DNA of 50,891 nt from Octopus sinensis (taxonomy: Eukaryota): contig NW_021834356.1 of NCBI RefSeq assembly GCF_006345805.1, positions 1 to 50,891 on the forward strand. The letters are read 5' to 3'. Below the pieces are notes generated by a model. That model ran no database searches, had not been told where the DNA came from, and saw only the letters and a list, made by a program, of their open reading frames with translations. Within the stretch, counting starts at the first letter, position 1. Each line of letters opens with the position of its first letter. Shown here piece after piece: positions 1 to 12,408 of this stretch. The translations under genes and the position numbers were made by a program.

Positions 1-118
1 GCATAATTACTGAATGTGTAGGTATATATACAAAATATATATATATATAATATAATATATATATATATAATATATTATTACATATAAACGTGTATGTGTG
101 TGTGTGAGTGTGTGTGTG

Positions 119-1394
119 TATTGTGCCATCCCATAAATAATGCGGTTTTTTTTAACTTTTATTTTTCAAAATTAAGATAAACAAAGTTTTGTTTTTAAAT
201 CTAAAATATACTCTTCTTCATTTTCTACAATTCTCTTCTATCTATCTGATAGACTTGCAAGGCCCCTCTTCCAAAATTCATTTGTCCGTGACGTAAACTA
301 CTCATGTTCTGACCTCGTCTACAGAATTCATATTTTTCCGTCCAAATAATTTTAAAGACTGTGGAATAAATGATAATTAGATGGGGCAATGTCGGGCGAA
401 TATGGTGGGTGGGGCATCGTTTCATTCAAACTGCTCCAGCCTTTGGAATGTCATCCTCGCAGTATGTGGCCGAGCATTAACCTAATGGAAGAACACCTTT
501 CGTCTTAAAACCAAAGATGGTCGTTTTTTCCTTCTAGCGCTGACAGAAGCTTGCAGCAGATCTCGTTCCTTATCGTGTGGTTTGGGTTTAAAAGTTCAAA
601 GTGGACTAAACTTTTCATATCCCACCAAACCGATAACAACACCTTACGTGGGTGAAGACTTTTTTTAGCCTGGGGTGCCGTCGTTTCTCCTTTCCCTGCC
701 CACTGTCTTCGGCGCTTGATATTTTTATAGACAACCCAATTCTCGCTACCAGTCACTATTCGGTACAAAAAAGGTTCATTCGTGAGACGTGACAGCAAAG
801 AAGAGCGCACATTCACTTTGTGCACGTGATTAGACTCGGAGAGTTTGTGAGAAACCCATTGACCCAATTTACTAAGTTTTCCGATGGCATGCAGGTGTCG
901 ATGAATGGTTGAATGACCAAATCCAAGCTTCTCTGCTAGTTCCTCAACAGTTATGATGGGATTTTGTTCCATCAGAGTTTGCAGGACGTCTTCATCGCGA
1001 TCTACAGATCTTGCAGGACGAGGCTCAACTTCTAGGCTCTAGTTTCCGGCTCTGAATCTCCGTAACCACCGTGGATACTGGCTTATGCTTATTATCCGAT
1101 CCCCGTATACTGCCTTAATATTCCTCACTTTCCATCGCATTGTTACCTTTATTGAACTCATAAAGCAAAATATGCCGAATATGCTCCTTTGTCACTTCCA
1201 TTATAGCTTTGAAAAAAATAATTGTTAAAATCGAACTGCACCCTTCAAAACTTGCACTAAGAATAAGGACAAGGAAAAATTACTACCTGCTTTTATAGCC
1301 AGTTGATGCAGGAAGTTTATACCACCCACTCCGACTTTTAGTTCATGCAACTGAAAAAATTAAAAAAACGTATCATTTTTGGGATAACCCAATA
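119..1394 (-). mobile_element. Full-length decayed mariner (DD34D) transposon
   Basis: Imperfect TIRs TATTGTGCCATCCCATAAATAATGCGGTTTT (119-) vs revcomp TATTGGGTTATCCCAAAAATGATACGTTTT (-1394); ~1.28 kb; encloses transposase remnants. Confidence 0.92.
198..1201 (-). pseudogene. Mariner transposase pseudogene
   Basis: MEVTKEHIRHILLYEF start, WVSHKL (WVPHEL), IVTGSENW, H*VNARPH, HPPYSPDIAPSNYHLF; 34-residue spacing between 2nd and 3rd catalytic positions; stops and frameshifts. Confidence 0.9.
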
Positions 1395-1859
1395 TTATAG
1401 CTTTGTCGTGGCTTATTACCAATCTGTGGCAGTTTAGATCTGACATGGAGACATAGAGGCTGGAGACATGATACATGAGAATATAAATGATTGGAGCAGA
1501 TTGTCGTTAATCACTCATTATATCTTAAATCTAATTGTCAACAGATATCGACTGGACAAAAAAATAAAAGTTTTAATATAAACAGATAAATCAACAGGCA
1601 TATAAAAACATATGTCTCAAGTACCAACACCACACACACACACACACACTCTCTCTTCTCTCTCTCCACACACACACACACAATTCACGTTTTTTGTCAT
1701 GGAATATTTTGTAGTAAACATATTACAGAATCACTTGAAGCACTGTGTTCTACTTGAGAAAATCTCTGTTTGTAGCAGACATCAGATGGACACTAGGCAT
1801 GATAATTATTTAATAATGGTTTCAAATTTTGGCAGAAGATTAAGAAATATGAGAGGAAG

Positions 1860-2020
1860 GTCCAAGTCGATGTCATCGACCCCAATGGTGGACAGGAACT
1901 TGTTTTTTCGACCCTGAAAGTACGAACAGCAAAGTCGATCTCGGCGGAATTTAAACTCAGAATGTAAAGCATTTTGTTCAACACTGCTAGCGATTCTTCC
2001 TGCTTATCGCCTTTCATATT
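1860..2020 (-). mobile_element. SINE family A, diverged copy
   Basis: Matches core AAAGTCGA(C/T)CTCGGCGGAATTT(G/A)AACTCAGAA of the copy at 9962-10192. Confidence 0.6.
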
Positions 2021-2439
2021 TAATTAATAATTCACGTGACTGGGTGCCCATCGGTCAAGCTTGACCATTTTTATCAACACATATTTATGAAGGACGGGAT
2101 GGAATTATTTTGAGTAAGACAGACAGTTTCCATTGCATGCAAGTCGCCTTTCTACCACAAGACATATTGTCCAAACCTACCCACAGCCCTAGATTGGTAC
2201 TTTTCTTATCAGCCACGAAAGAATATAATATGAAGTTGACATCAAAGAAAGTTGATCTCAGAACAGAGAGTCGGAACAAATGCCACGAAACGTTCTACCT
2301 AACGTTCTAACCACTTTTCCACTCACCTCCTACAACAATACAGTGGTACCTTAAATTCTTCGCCTGATTACTACAAGTATATCAATTATAATGCATGAAA
2401 TTGTTTACCCTACTATTTGCATTGAGTATTTTTAAAATC

Positions 2440-3400
2440 TTTTATGTGATAAGACCAACAGTTCGCTTCATTGCATAAACTTTGAAATGGTAAAAATCAG
2501 AATTCATGATTATGTTTTGGTCTCAATGGTAGCACTAAAATGTGTATTTTCATTTTATCTATTTTGTTGCACGACTATGAACCGTAAACATTATATATTC
2601 AAAAACGTTAAATATTTTTTGGAACGTTTTCATCAAAAGTGTCTTCGACAGATTTTTAGAAGTGTTTTGGGATAGATTGTGTGAGTGATGTTCAATTAAA
2701 TGTTGTAAGTAGAGAAATTTTCTTGCGACGTAACTCACTGAGATGATACCATACTGTTCATTTGGAAAACATTGGAGGCACATGGATTAGTGGTTAGAGC
2801 AGCGGACTCGCGGTCAAGGGATCGTGGGTTCGAATCTTAGACCGGGCGATGTGTGTATTTATGAGCGAAACAACTAAGCTCCACGAGGCTCCGGCAGAAG
2901 GTAATGGCGAACTTCTGCTGACTCTTTCGCCACAACTTTCTCTCACTCTTTCCTCCTGCATTTTGCATCCCATCCAGGTGGGGAACCTATACGCCAAGGA
3001 AACCGGGGAACCGGCCCTTATGAGCCAGGCATAGCTCGAGAAGGAACAAACATTTGGAAGACATGATACTAAAGCTCATTCTAGACTATAAGTATAATTT
3101 TCTGGGAAAAGATTTCCTGGGAAAAGTTCTCGTTACAAAGTTAAGAAACAAGGATTACTTTAATCTGATCTGTAGAAAGATAATATTCTTGGAATAAGCT
3201 GGGAAGCATTTGCAGTTTGAAGGAAATCATAGATAAAACGTTTTGAATCTGTCCATGCATTTTGAAGAAAATTGCATAAGATATACAAATTTAATATTAG
3301 ACATAAGAAGAAGAAGGATCCCTTGATGTCAATAATCTCTTCAAATGTTCAACTTGTAATCGTATCTGTATTTCTAAGGCTGGTCTTCATAGCTCCTTGC
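2440..3400 (+). mobile_element. RTE-clade LINE 3' fragment, interrupted by a SINE
   Basis: Broken frames KMCIFILSILLHDYEP, FLERFHQKCLRQIF, GKRFPGKSSRYK, SWEAFAV*RKS, FKCSTCNRICISKAGLHS (RTE C-terminal Zn finger). Confidence 0.8.
2773..3050 (+). mobile_element. tRNA-derived SINE family C with TSD
   Basis: A box TAGTGGTTAG, B box GGTTCGAATC; 14-bp TSD CATTTGGAA(A/G)ACAT at 2759-2772 and 3051-3064. Confidence 0.9.
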
Positions 3401-3804
3401 TTGGTTATAGATCTTGGTTTCCCGAAAAAATATTTGCTCGCCGTTCATGTAATAAATGATTTTCTAAATGTGGTCGGAAGAGACACATGCTTGGATACAA
3501 TACCTGATGTCACGGTTCTGCATTGTATTTAACTGAGAAGAAACTAGGCATAGTAACAATAGTAATTAATAAACTAGATTTAAAAGCCATTTTCCCAAAG
3601 TATCCTATGTTTCTGAGAATTTTAAAAGGGTTTTTTGTTTACAAAAGAATTTTTTTCTGATTTTCTTGTATAAAATGGGTTAATTTTGGCTTGTATGTTA
3701 GAGGCAATTTTGTAATATCTAAAATATGCCCTGAAGAGTAGTTCTATCCTGTTCATCGTTATGTAATTATACAGTCATACAATTAACTACATGTAAATAT
3801 CTGT

Positions 3805-3848
3805 GTATATACATCTATGTATGTATGTATGAAAAATATGTATGTATG

Positions 3849-3882
<34 letters not shown>

Positions 3883-4185
3883 TGTATGTGTGTGTGTATG
3901 TATGTATGTATGTATGCATGCATGTATGTATGTATGTATGCATGTATGTATGTATGTATGTATGTATGTATGTATGTATGTATGCATGCATGTATATGCA
4001 TGTATGTATGTATGTATGCATGTATGTATGTATGTATGTATGTATGTATGCATGTATGTATGTATGATGTATGTATGCATGTAGTATTATGTATGTATGT
4101 ACTACTACGTATGTATGTATGTATGTATGTATGTATGTATGTATGTATGTAGTATGTAGAATGTATGTATGCATGTATGTATGTA
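3805..4185. repeat. (TATG)n microsatellite
   Basis: Direct reading. Confidence 0.95.
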
Positions 4186-4254
4186 ACACATGGTATAATT
4201 TTAAACAGGGCAAATTTTAGCCTTTTCTTCATAGACTGAAAAAAATGATGATTA

Positions 4255-4297
4255 GCCTTAATCGATTTTCGAACCTTATTGGGTTCTCATCAGAGGC
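4255..4297 (-). ncRNA. Minimal type-I hammerhead ribozyme, intact
   Basis: GCCT CTGATGA GAACC caataa GGTTC GAA AATC/GATT A AGGC; UUA cleavage triplet, palindromic stem III. Confidence 0.85.
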
Positions 4298-4599
4298 GTC
4301 TACATCATTCCAACAGTCTCCATATATATACATATGTGTATGTATGTGTGTGTGTGTGTGAGAGTTTTTGCCTAATTTTCTAGGCTATTTTCATAGCTAT
4401 TCCGCGGTAGAAATTTACTTTATTTCCTGTAAAATACCAACCCACTCGACGAAGTTTGTTCATGTATATGTATAAACACAGTTGAAAGTATTTGTGTAGA
4501 AGTGTGACGTAATGTGTGCACGTTCATGTGTTTACATGCATTCGTATGTATGCAGTGTATCTCAGTGTTTTTGTGTCTCCAATCTTAATTCTGTTGTGC

Positions 4600-4933
4600 G
4601 GAGACTCCCTTCGGTCACGAATGACCATAGGATTGCACCTAGAAAGTTACCCTCCCAGGTACAAGTCCGGGTAAGGTTGTTTATGGAAGACCAGCAGTCG
4701 CCCATGCATACCAGCCTCCTCTCTCCATGCCACCGATGTTATCCAAGGGAAAAGCAAAGGGGCCGATACAGCTTGGTACCTGTGACGCGCAACTCATTTC
4801 TACAGCTGAGTGAACTGGAGCAATGAGAAATAAAAGTCTTGCTCAAGAACACAACACGCAGCCCAGTCCGGGATTCGAACTTACAACCTCACGATCGTAA
4901 GCTCGACGCTCTAACCACAGAGCCATGCGCCTT
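4600..4933 (-). mobile_element. tRNA-derived SINE family B
   Basis: Revcomp head with GTGGTTAGAGCG and GTTCGAATCCC; matches 24270-24610. Confidence 0.9.
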
Positions 4934-5512
4934 CTGTTGTAAATCGAACTTATTTCCTCATATTCATCGTAATACAAACTTTACCACTACTATCACAAGT
5001 ACCATTACCACCAGTACATCTACCACCGCCACCAATACCAAAAACACAAATACTACTGCTAACACCACCACCACTACTACTACTACCCTTACAACTATCA
5101 CTAACACAACTACAACCCCCCTACCAACACCAACACTACCATCACCATCATTAGCACCCACCGCTCTAATTTGACTAACCTGGCACAATATTCACAACTT
5201 TACTGCAATACCTAGTTTGATAGTTAAATATGCAAAAGAATAAATCGTTCGTTCATCGAAAAACGAAACGTAATTGCATTATAACTGCATTATAAATAAA
5301 GGTTAATGCGGCATCTTTTGTATGAAGTAGACTTTTAGAAGAATGACGGCGATAAAATATGGCTGATGATCAACGAGACTTGGAAAAACTAAAGTAACGA
5401 GACTTTGGTATACACACGCACACACACACACACACACATGCACATAACATACTCACACACGCATGCACATTACACACACAAATATACGAACGCACACACA
5501 TACGTATATATG

Positions 5513-5546
<34 letters not shown>

Positions 5547-5915
5547 TGTATGGGGTGTGTGTGTATGTATGTATGTATGCATGCATGTATGTATTATGTA
5601 TGCATGTATGTATGTATTGTATGCATGTATGTATGTATGTATGTATGTATGCATGCATGTATGTATGCATGTATGTATTTGTATGTATTTGGTATGTATG
5701 TATGTATGTAGGTCATGCATTGTATGTATGTATGTATGTATGTATGTGGCATGTATGTATGTATGTATGTACGTACGTTGTATGTATGTATGTATGTATG
5801 TATATTATGTATGTATGTATGAATGTATGATGCATGTATGTATGTAACACATGGTATAATTTTAAACAGTGGCAAATTTTAGCCTTTTCTTCATAGACTG
5901 AAAAAATGATGATTA

Positions 5916-5958
5916 GCCTTAATCGATTTTCGAACCTTATTGGGTTCTCATCAGAGGC
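5916..5958 (-). ncRNA. Minimal type-I hammerhead ribozyme, intact duplicate
   Basis: Identical to 4255-4297. Confidence 0.85.
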
Positions 5959-6258
5959 GTCTACATCATTCCAACAGTCTCCATATATATACATATGTGT
6001 ATGTATGTGTGTGTGTGTGTGAGAGTTTTTTGCCTAATTTTCTAGGCTATTTTCATAGCTATTCCGCGGTAGAATTTACTTTATTTCCTGTAAAATACAA
6101 CCCACTCGACGAAGTTTGTTCATGTATATGTATAAACACAGTTTGAAAGTATTTGTGTAGAAGTGTGACGTAATGTGTGCACGCCATGTGTTTACATGCA
6201 TTCGTATGTATGCAGTGTATCTCAGTGTGTTTGTGTCTCCATCTTAATTCTGTTGTGC

Positions 6259-6591
6259 GGAGACTCCCTTCGGTCACGAATGACCATAGGATTGCACCTA
6301 GAAAGTTACCCTCCCAGGTACAAGTCCGGGTAAGGTTGTTTATGGAAGACCAGCAGTCGCCCATGCATACCAGCCTCCTCTCTCCATGCCACCGATGTTA
6401 TCCAAGGGAAAAGCAAAGGGGCCGATACAGCTTGGTACCTGTGACGCGCAACTCATTTCTACAGCTGAGTGAACTGGAGCAATGAGAAATAAAAGTCTTG
6501 CTCAAGAACACAACACGCAGCCCAGTCCGGGATTCGAACTTACAACCTCACGATCGTAAGCTCGACGCTCTAACCACTGAGCCATGCGCCT
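6259..6591 (-). mobile_element. SINE family B (duplicate)
   Basis: Copy of 4600-4933. Confidence 0.9.
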
Positions 6592-7309
6592 CTGTTGTAA
6601 ATCGAACTTATTGCCTTCATCATATTCATCGTAATACAAACTTTACCACTACTATCACGAGTACCATTAACACCAGTACATCTACCACCGCCACCAATAC
6701 CAAAAACACAAATACTACTGCTAACACCACCACTACACTACTACTACCCTTACAACTATCACTAACACAACTACAACCCCCCTACAAACACAACACACCA
6801 TCACCATCATTAGCACCCACCGTTCTAATTTGACAACCTGCCCCACAATATTCACAACTTACTGCAATACCTAGTTAGATAGTTAAATATGCAAAAGAAT
6901 AAATCGTTCGTTCATCGAAAACGAAACGTAATTGCATTATAACTGCATATATAAAATAAAGGTTAATGCGGCATCTTTTGTATGAAGTAGACTTTTAGAA
7001 GAATGACGGCGATAAAATATGGCTGATGATCAACGAGACTTGGAAAAACTAACGTAACGAGACTTTGGTATACACACGCACACACACACACACACACATG
7101 CACATAACATACTCACACACGCATGCACATTACACACACACATATACGAACGCACACACATACATATATATGTATATAAGTATGAATATATATGTTGCTA
7201 TATGACTAAAAGTTACGTTAAAAGGGTTTGTCTCATTAAGATATGATTTATTCATATAATTACACACATACACATATGCATAAACAAACAGATATCATAG
7301 TTATACACT

Positions 7310-7342
<33 letters not shown>

Positions 7343-7610
7343 TATATTATATTATATACAGACATTTATTTCATATATGAATATACTTTAAATACATGCA
7401 TATATACATGCACTGCTATCTGTATGTATATGTATTTGTATATATATATATATATGTATGTGTATACATTATAAATAAATAAATAAATGAACACACACGC
7501 ACACACATATATATACATATATATATATATATATACGTATGTACATATATATATGTGTATATATATTATATATATATATATATATTATATAGATATATAT
7601 ATATATATAA

Positions 7611-7646
<36 letters not shown>

Positions 7647-7913
7647 ATAAACGAAAGTAAGAGCACAGTGTTGTTTGTTGCTTTGAATAGATGCGTGTCT
7701 GGAAATTCTTATGCAATATTAAATATATTGTATATAATTCAAAATTGACATTTATTCTGAACCATGCTGTGTTGGTACTAAATCAAGTCAAACTTTTAAC
7801 CATTATATGAATTTCTTTGCATCAGTTACGTAATAATAATATTTTCATAAAAAGATAGACCGCACAAAAATTAAAAAAAAATAAATAAAAAAACCAGTAG
7901 TTGTAGGGAAAGG

Positions 7914-7952
7914 AATCCTGATGTGCCTAAAGGAAGTCGAAACCGGTTGACC
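7914..7952 (+). ncRNA. Degenerate hammerhead remnant
   Basis: AATC CTGATGT GCCTAAAGGAAGTC GAA ACCGGT T GACC; A9 lost, stem II truncated. Confidence 0.4.
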
Positions 7953-8069
7953 GAATCCTGAGTGTTGTTATCCACCGAACATCCTGTATTTATTTGCGGG
8001 GTACACATTCCCAATGAGACTAGACGTATGTTTGATCTTTTGCCATATACACATATACTATTATGGTCT

Positions 8070-8340
8070 AAATCCTCCTCCTCCTCCTCCTCCTCATCAT
8101 CATCATCATCATCATCCCCACCACCACTACAACTACAAGCATCTTTACCTTCTCGTTCTCCAGCAGCTTCAGCAGCAGCAGCAGCAGCAGCGGCAACACC
8201 ACCAACACCACCACAACCACCTCCTTAATTTTTCTTCTTCTTCTTTTTCTTCTTCTTCTTCTTCTTCTTCTTCTCTTCTTCTTCTTCTTCTTCTTCTTCT
8301 TTTTCTTCTTCTTCTTCTTCTTCTTCTTCTTCTTCCTGCA
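8070..8340. repeat. CCT/CAT/CAG/CTT trinucleotide mosaic
   Basis: Direct reading. Confidence 0.95.
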
Positions 8341-8769
8341 GGTGGGGGCCCAGTTAGAATTTTCTTCAGGTCGAGTAACCCATCCCGCTCAAAAGGTCCC
8401 TGAATAACGGTTGATAAAGGATGTTGAACGAACCACCCCTGTTTCTAGAGGTGAATTATTCAAACCCCAAAGAATCCCTCTCAACATATGGTTATGATGC
8501 TCCCCCACTACTTCTGCTCATGATCAGAGATGCACATATCATTAGCCAATAAGGGACATGCTCAACTGGTTAAGGTCAAACAGCTGACAAGCAAATGTGT
8601 GGTATTGAGCAGAATATTTGCTGTAGCCCATCTTTTATACCAAGACAAAACAATGTATATGATAACACTTCCAATCAGTTAAGATCAGAAGCCACGAGAG
8701 TCACTGCCTAGTATTTATTATTATTATTATTATTGTTGTTGTTGTTGTTGTTGTTGTTTGATGAAAAAT

Positions 8770-9255
8770 CAGCTTATTCATGCGCTTATACTCTTTTTGT
8801 GTTAGTTTAAAGCACTCACTCAAGAGATGGTTGATACTTTCATCTTCTTTCTTGCAGATTCTTCATTTGCTTTCTGACTGAAATTTTTTGATCGTTGGCT
8901 TTGTCAAATTTGTCCTATGAGTTTATCTCTCAGCAGTTTCGGTACTTCACTTCAAGATCCTATCTGTCAGCCATAGCATGCATTCTTTACTTACTTCCAG
9001 TATTCTCGGTTTGTTACATGAACAGACTATGTAATTCAAATTCTTACCATTTGCTCGCTCTGTTCTTTCTCTCTTTGAATTCTCCTACTGCTTCACTCAT
9101 TCTTTGGGTATCTCTAGCTGCCGATAGTGTTCTTTCTTTACTCTGTATACCAGAATTTTTCAATCCCAGTATCGTGGTAACTAACGATATCTCCTGCGTT
9201 TAATAATCCTCTGCCAAATTTCTTTCATGATAGGTAGAGCCTGTCGGCATTATTT
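8770..9255 (-). mobile_element. R4/Dong-like (RLE) non-LTR retrotransposon fragment
   Basis: ADRLYLS*KKFGRGLL (DRLYxxRxxGGRGL) and K*RICKKEDESINHLLSECFKLTQKEYKR (CCHC knuckle region). Confidence 0.8.
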
Positions 9256-9357
9256 TAAGGGTGGTGTATGTTGTGTATTATGAACAGCTTCCTAGTCCTT
9301 CTATTCAAGTTCGGTAGTCCGGCTTTAGTTCCTTTCGTGCGCGCGCGTGTCCGGATA

Positions 9358-9407
<50 letters not shown>

Positions 9408-9961
9408 TCCACGAATGCTTGCAGCTGTAGAAAAGTGTTTGTATGAGTGTCTGTAAAGTTTAGGAGGTCTCTGTCTAGGTGTATATGTGTGTGTATGTGC
9501 CTCTGTGTGTGTGTGGTATATGTGTTTGCGTGAGTCTGTTCGTAAGTTTCTTGTGTTTGCGACTGTGTAACAGAATATCTGCATATGTGTTTCTGTGAGT
9601 TGTGAGGCGCCTGTGCATCTGTAGGGGTGTTTGCAAATGTATATGTGTGTGTATTTGTGTCTGGATGAGTAGGTATGTGTGTCTACGAGAGTATATATGT
9701 ATCTGTGAATGTGTATGTGATTTCTCAGAAATAAATTTCCAAATAAACCATGTAAGCGGGGTATCTAAAACTGAGGTATAAATCAATGCATACATAAAGA
9801 TACACGCACACACACACACACATATATATTTATACACACATGCATGCACACATACATACACACACATGCACACATGCGCACACGTGTATATATATATATA
9901 CTCACATGCATATACACATACGCATATACACACACGAGCAACGTGCACAATAAAATTATGA

Positions 9962-10192
9962 TTATTTCTTTATTGCCCACAATGAGCTAAACACAGAGGG
10001 AACAAACAAGGACAGACAAACGGATTAAGTCTATTACATCGACCCCACTGCGTAACTGGTACTTATGTAATCGACCTCGAAAGGATGAAAGGCAAAGTCG
10101 ACCTCGGCGGAATTTGAACTCAGAACGTAGCGGCAGACGAAATGCCGCTAAGCATTTCGCCCGGCGTGCTAACGATTCTGCCAGCTCGTCGA
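9962..10192 (-). mobile_element. SINE family A, near full-length
   Basis: Head GAGCTGGCAGAATCGTTAGCACG, core GTCGACTTTGCCTTTCATCCTTTCG, tail GCAATAAAGAAA. Confidence 0.9.
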
Positions 10193-10492
10193 CTTACAAT
10201 AACATTATAATGCATATATACACTAATACACAAACGCACACACAGATAGAAAGGAGAATAAAGAGGGAGAGAGGTGTAAGGAATACCTGAAAACATGTGT
10301 TTTTAGTAAACACACACATTCAATCTAGCGGTAAAAACCTGATACTGTGGTTGAATCGCATGTTTTTTTTATCTCTCTGTGTGGTTAGGAAATGGATATC
10401 TGATCGGTTAGTTTTAGTATTTATAGCTGCATCATCAGAAATTGCATTTTCTGACCATAAAGAAAATAATAGTAGCTTATACTTGTGTGTGC

Positions 10493-10561
10493 GGAGGCAC
10501 ATGGCCTAGTGTTTAGAACAGCGGACTCGCGGTCGAGGGCTCGCAGGTTCGAATCTCAGAC
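10493..10561 (+). mobile_element. SINE family C head, 3'-truncated
   Basis: Matches 22204-22272; stops at CTCAGAC. Confidence 0.9.
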
Positions 10562-10617
10562 GAAATACCGCTAAGCATTTCGCCCGGCGTGCTAACGATT
10601 CTGCCAGCTCGCCGCCT
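10557..10617 (-). mobile_element. SINE family A head, inverted
   Basis: Revcomp GGCGGCGAGCTGGCAGAATCGTTAGCACGCCGGGCGAAATGCTTAGCGGTATTTCGTCTG. Confidence 0.9.
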
Positions 10618-10618
10618 T

Positions 10619-10690
10619 GAAGACGATTAGATACCGTCGTAGTTCCGACCGTAAACGATGCCGACTGGCGCTCCGCCGGCGTTCGCTTCG
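10619..10690 (+). rRNA. Isolated 72-nt 18S rRNA fragment (non-functional copy)
   Basis: GAAGACGATTAGATACCGTCGTAGTTCCGACCGTAAACGATGCCGACTGGCG matches the conserved eukaryotic SSU segment GAAGACGATCAGATACCGTCGTAGTTCCGACCATAAACGATGCCGAC. Confidence 0.92.
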
Positions 10691-10745
10691 TTTCCCCTCT
10701 GTGTGTAGCCCCTTGTTGGCAGCAAAGAAATAAGATAAGAGATGT
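10690..10745 (+). mobile_element. SINE family A 3' tail
   Basis: GTTTCCCCTCTGTGTGTAGCCCCTTGTTGGCAGCAAAGAAATAAG resembles tails at 18040-18090 and (revcomp) 49695-49740. Confidence 0.8.
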
Positions 10746-10845
10746 AAAGTAAAATTAGGAGCGAGCGTAGTTTGCCTCGCAGAGAAAACTAGAGGTAATT
10801 CGGTTAGAACCAACTTGATTTAATTTGTATAATTAATTATCCTAA

Positions 10846-12408
10846 CTAGTGAACCTGTGAATATTTCACGGAATTAATAGTAAACTTATTATGTTATTCT
10901 TGAAGATTTTATCCAAAATAAATGAAAGCGTAGCAGAGCTGTATCTGTATCCAAAGATAGTCGCTCATCTGCTATTCATTGAAAACTGAAAGAAATTGGG
11001 ATACGATGATTACTTAATGCAATTTATATACTTTATGTACAATTTTGTAGACTCAATACACAGTACTCATAAAATAAATATTCACTCTTATTTTTCTATT
11101 TTTCTCATAAACATAAAAAAAGCTACAATTGCAGCGTGAAAGGTGTTTACCAAGCCATTTAAGAAACACACAAAAACCGTTAGTTTCACTTGAACATCTA
11201 AATTTAATTTGCCAAAATATTTTCGTTGCTTTGAGACCGCGACCTGTTCACTGACAAAATTTCGTGCTGCGTTATTTTAAAATTTACACAGTCACGATTT
11301 CATATACAGAAAACAAAAAAAATTATTGTAGAAAAATTTATTTTATATGTAAAATATAGGGGTCACAATTTCACAGGGGCAAACATTTAATGCAACATGG
11401 CAGACCTTAAGAACCACATCGCTGGTAACTTATAAGCCAAGGCGATGAGTTAGAGTTAATACACATTTCAATTTGCGTACACCTTTCAATCCAATACTTC
11501 TTTGCGGAATATGTTCTCCGTGTAAGTTCTCCCTTTAGTTTAATAAATTTAACTCTCACATCAAATAATTTGTGAGCCCTTGAGAATAGAGGTTCAGGCA
11601 AGAACAGCCCCACTTTATCAAATGTCTGCCCTTGTGATTTATTGATAGACATTGCATTTGACACGCGAACGGGAAACTGGCTCCTTTCAAAAGTGAATGG
11701 CAAGTTTGGGATGTGCATGCGTTAAGTGATAGGTGATATAAAGAACTTAGCTCAATTAAAAAAAGAAAATTACTCTTCGCTATGCACTCACCATCGCCGC
11801 CACCACCACCGCCCCCCCACCATCTCTCTCTTTCTCTCGCCCCCTCTCTCGCCCTCCTCCTCTCTCTCTCTCTCTCTCTGCCTTTCTTAATCTCACCATC
11901 AGAACATTATATTCCAAACTCTCCGCTATATCACTACATTCAACTAACTTTTTGAAACCACGTAATAAATATTACGTCCCCCCTACCACTCATCATGGAT
12001 GCTTCTCTCTCCGTCTTTTCTCTCTTCCACTTTTTCTTCCTCTCTTTTTTTCTGCTTCTCTCTTCGCCTTATCCTCTTTTTCTCTCACCCTCTTTTCTTT
12101 CTCCCTCTTTTCCTATAACCGCGTGAAAGCGTGACCGACGAGACACGTGACGTAATGACAAGCAGAATTATCATAAGATTCTGACGTTCAACTAATTGTT
12201 AAATAGATGTTAACGGTTGCATTCTTATACAAATTAGGACATACCAATTGCTCTTACTCGAAATGGGAACCAGATAACCCTGAAATCACACCGTACCGTT
12301 TGAAAAAGAGGGAAACACACTGGACAATGAAGTCACGAAAACCAAGATGGCCATAGCTAGAACGCTTGAATTCGTAGTTTCTCCATGAAAATTGGCAGCA
12401 GTGGTACG

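Larger units (their letters stand above)
4150..5515. repeat. Tandem duplication, unit 1 (period about 1661 bp)
   Basis: Near-identical to 5810-7178. Confidence 0.95.
5810..7178. repeat. Tandem duplication, unit 2
   Basis: Near-identical to 4150-5515; (TATG)n array between the units. Confidence 0.95.

Noticed and set aside
5363-5400. CTGATGA..GAAA as a hammerhead
   Set aside because: Only a 3-bp stem II; no stem III or stem I.
10619-10690. Functional rDNA unit or contamination
   Set aside because: Only 72 nt, joined directly to host SINE sequence on both sides.
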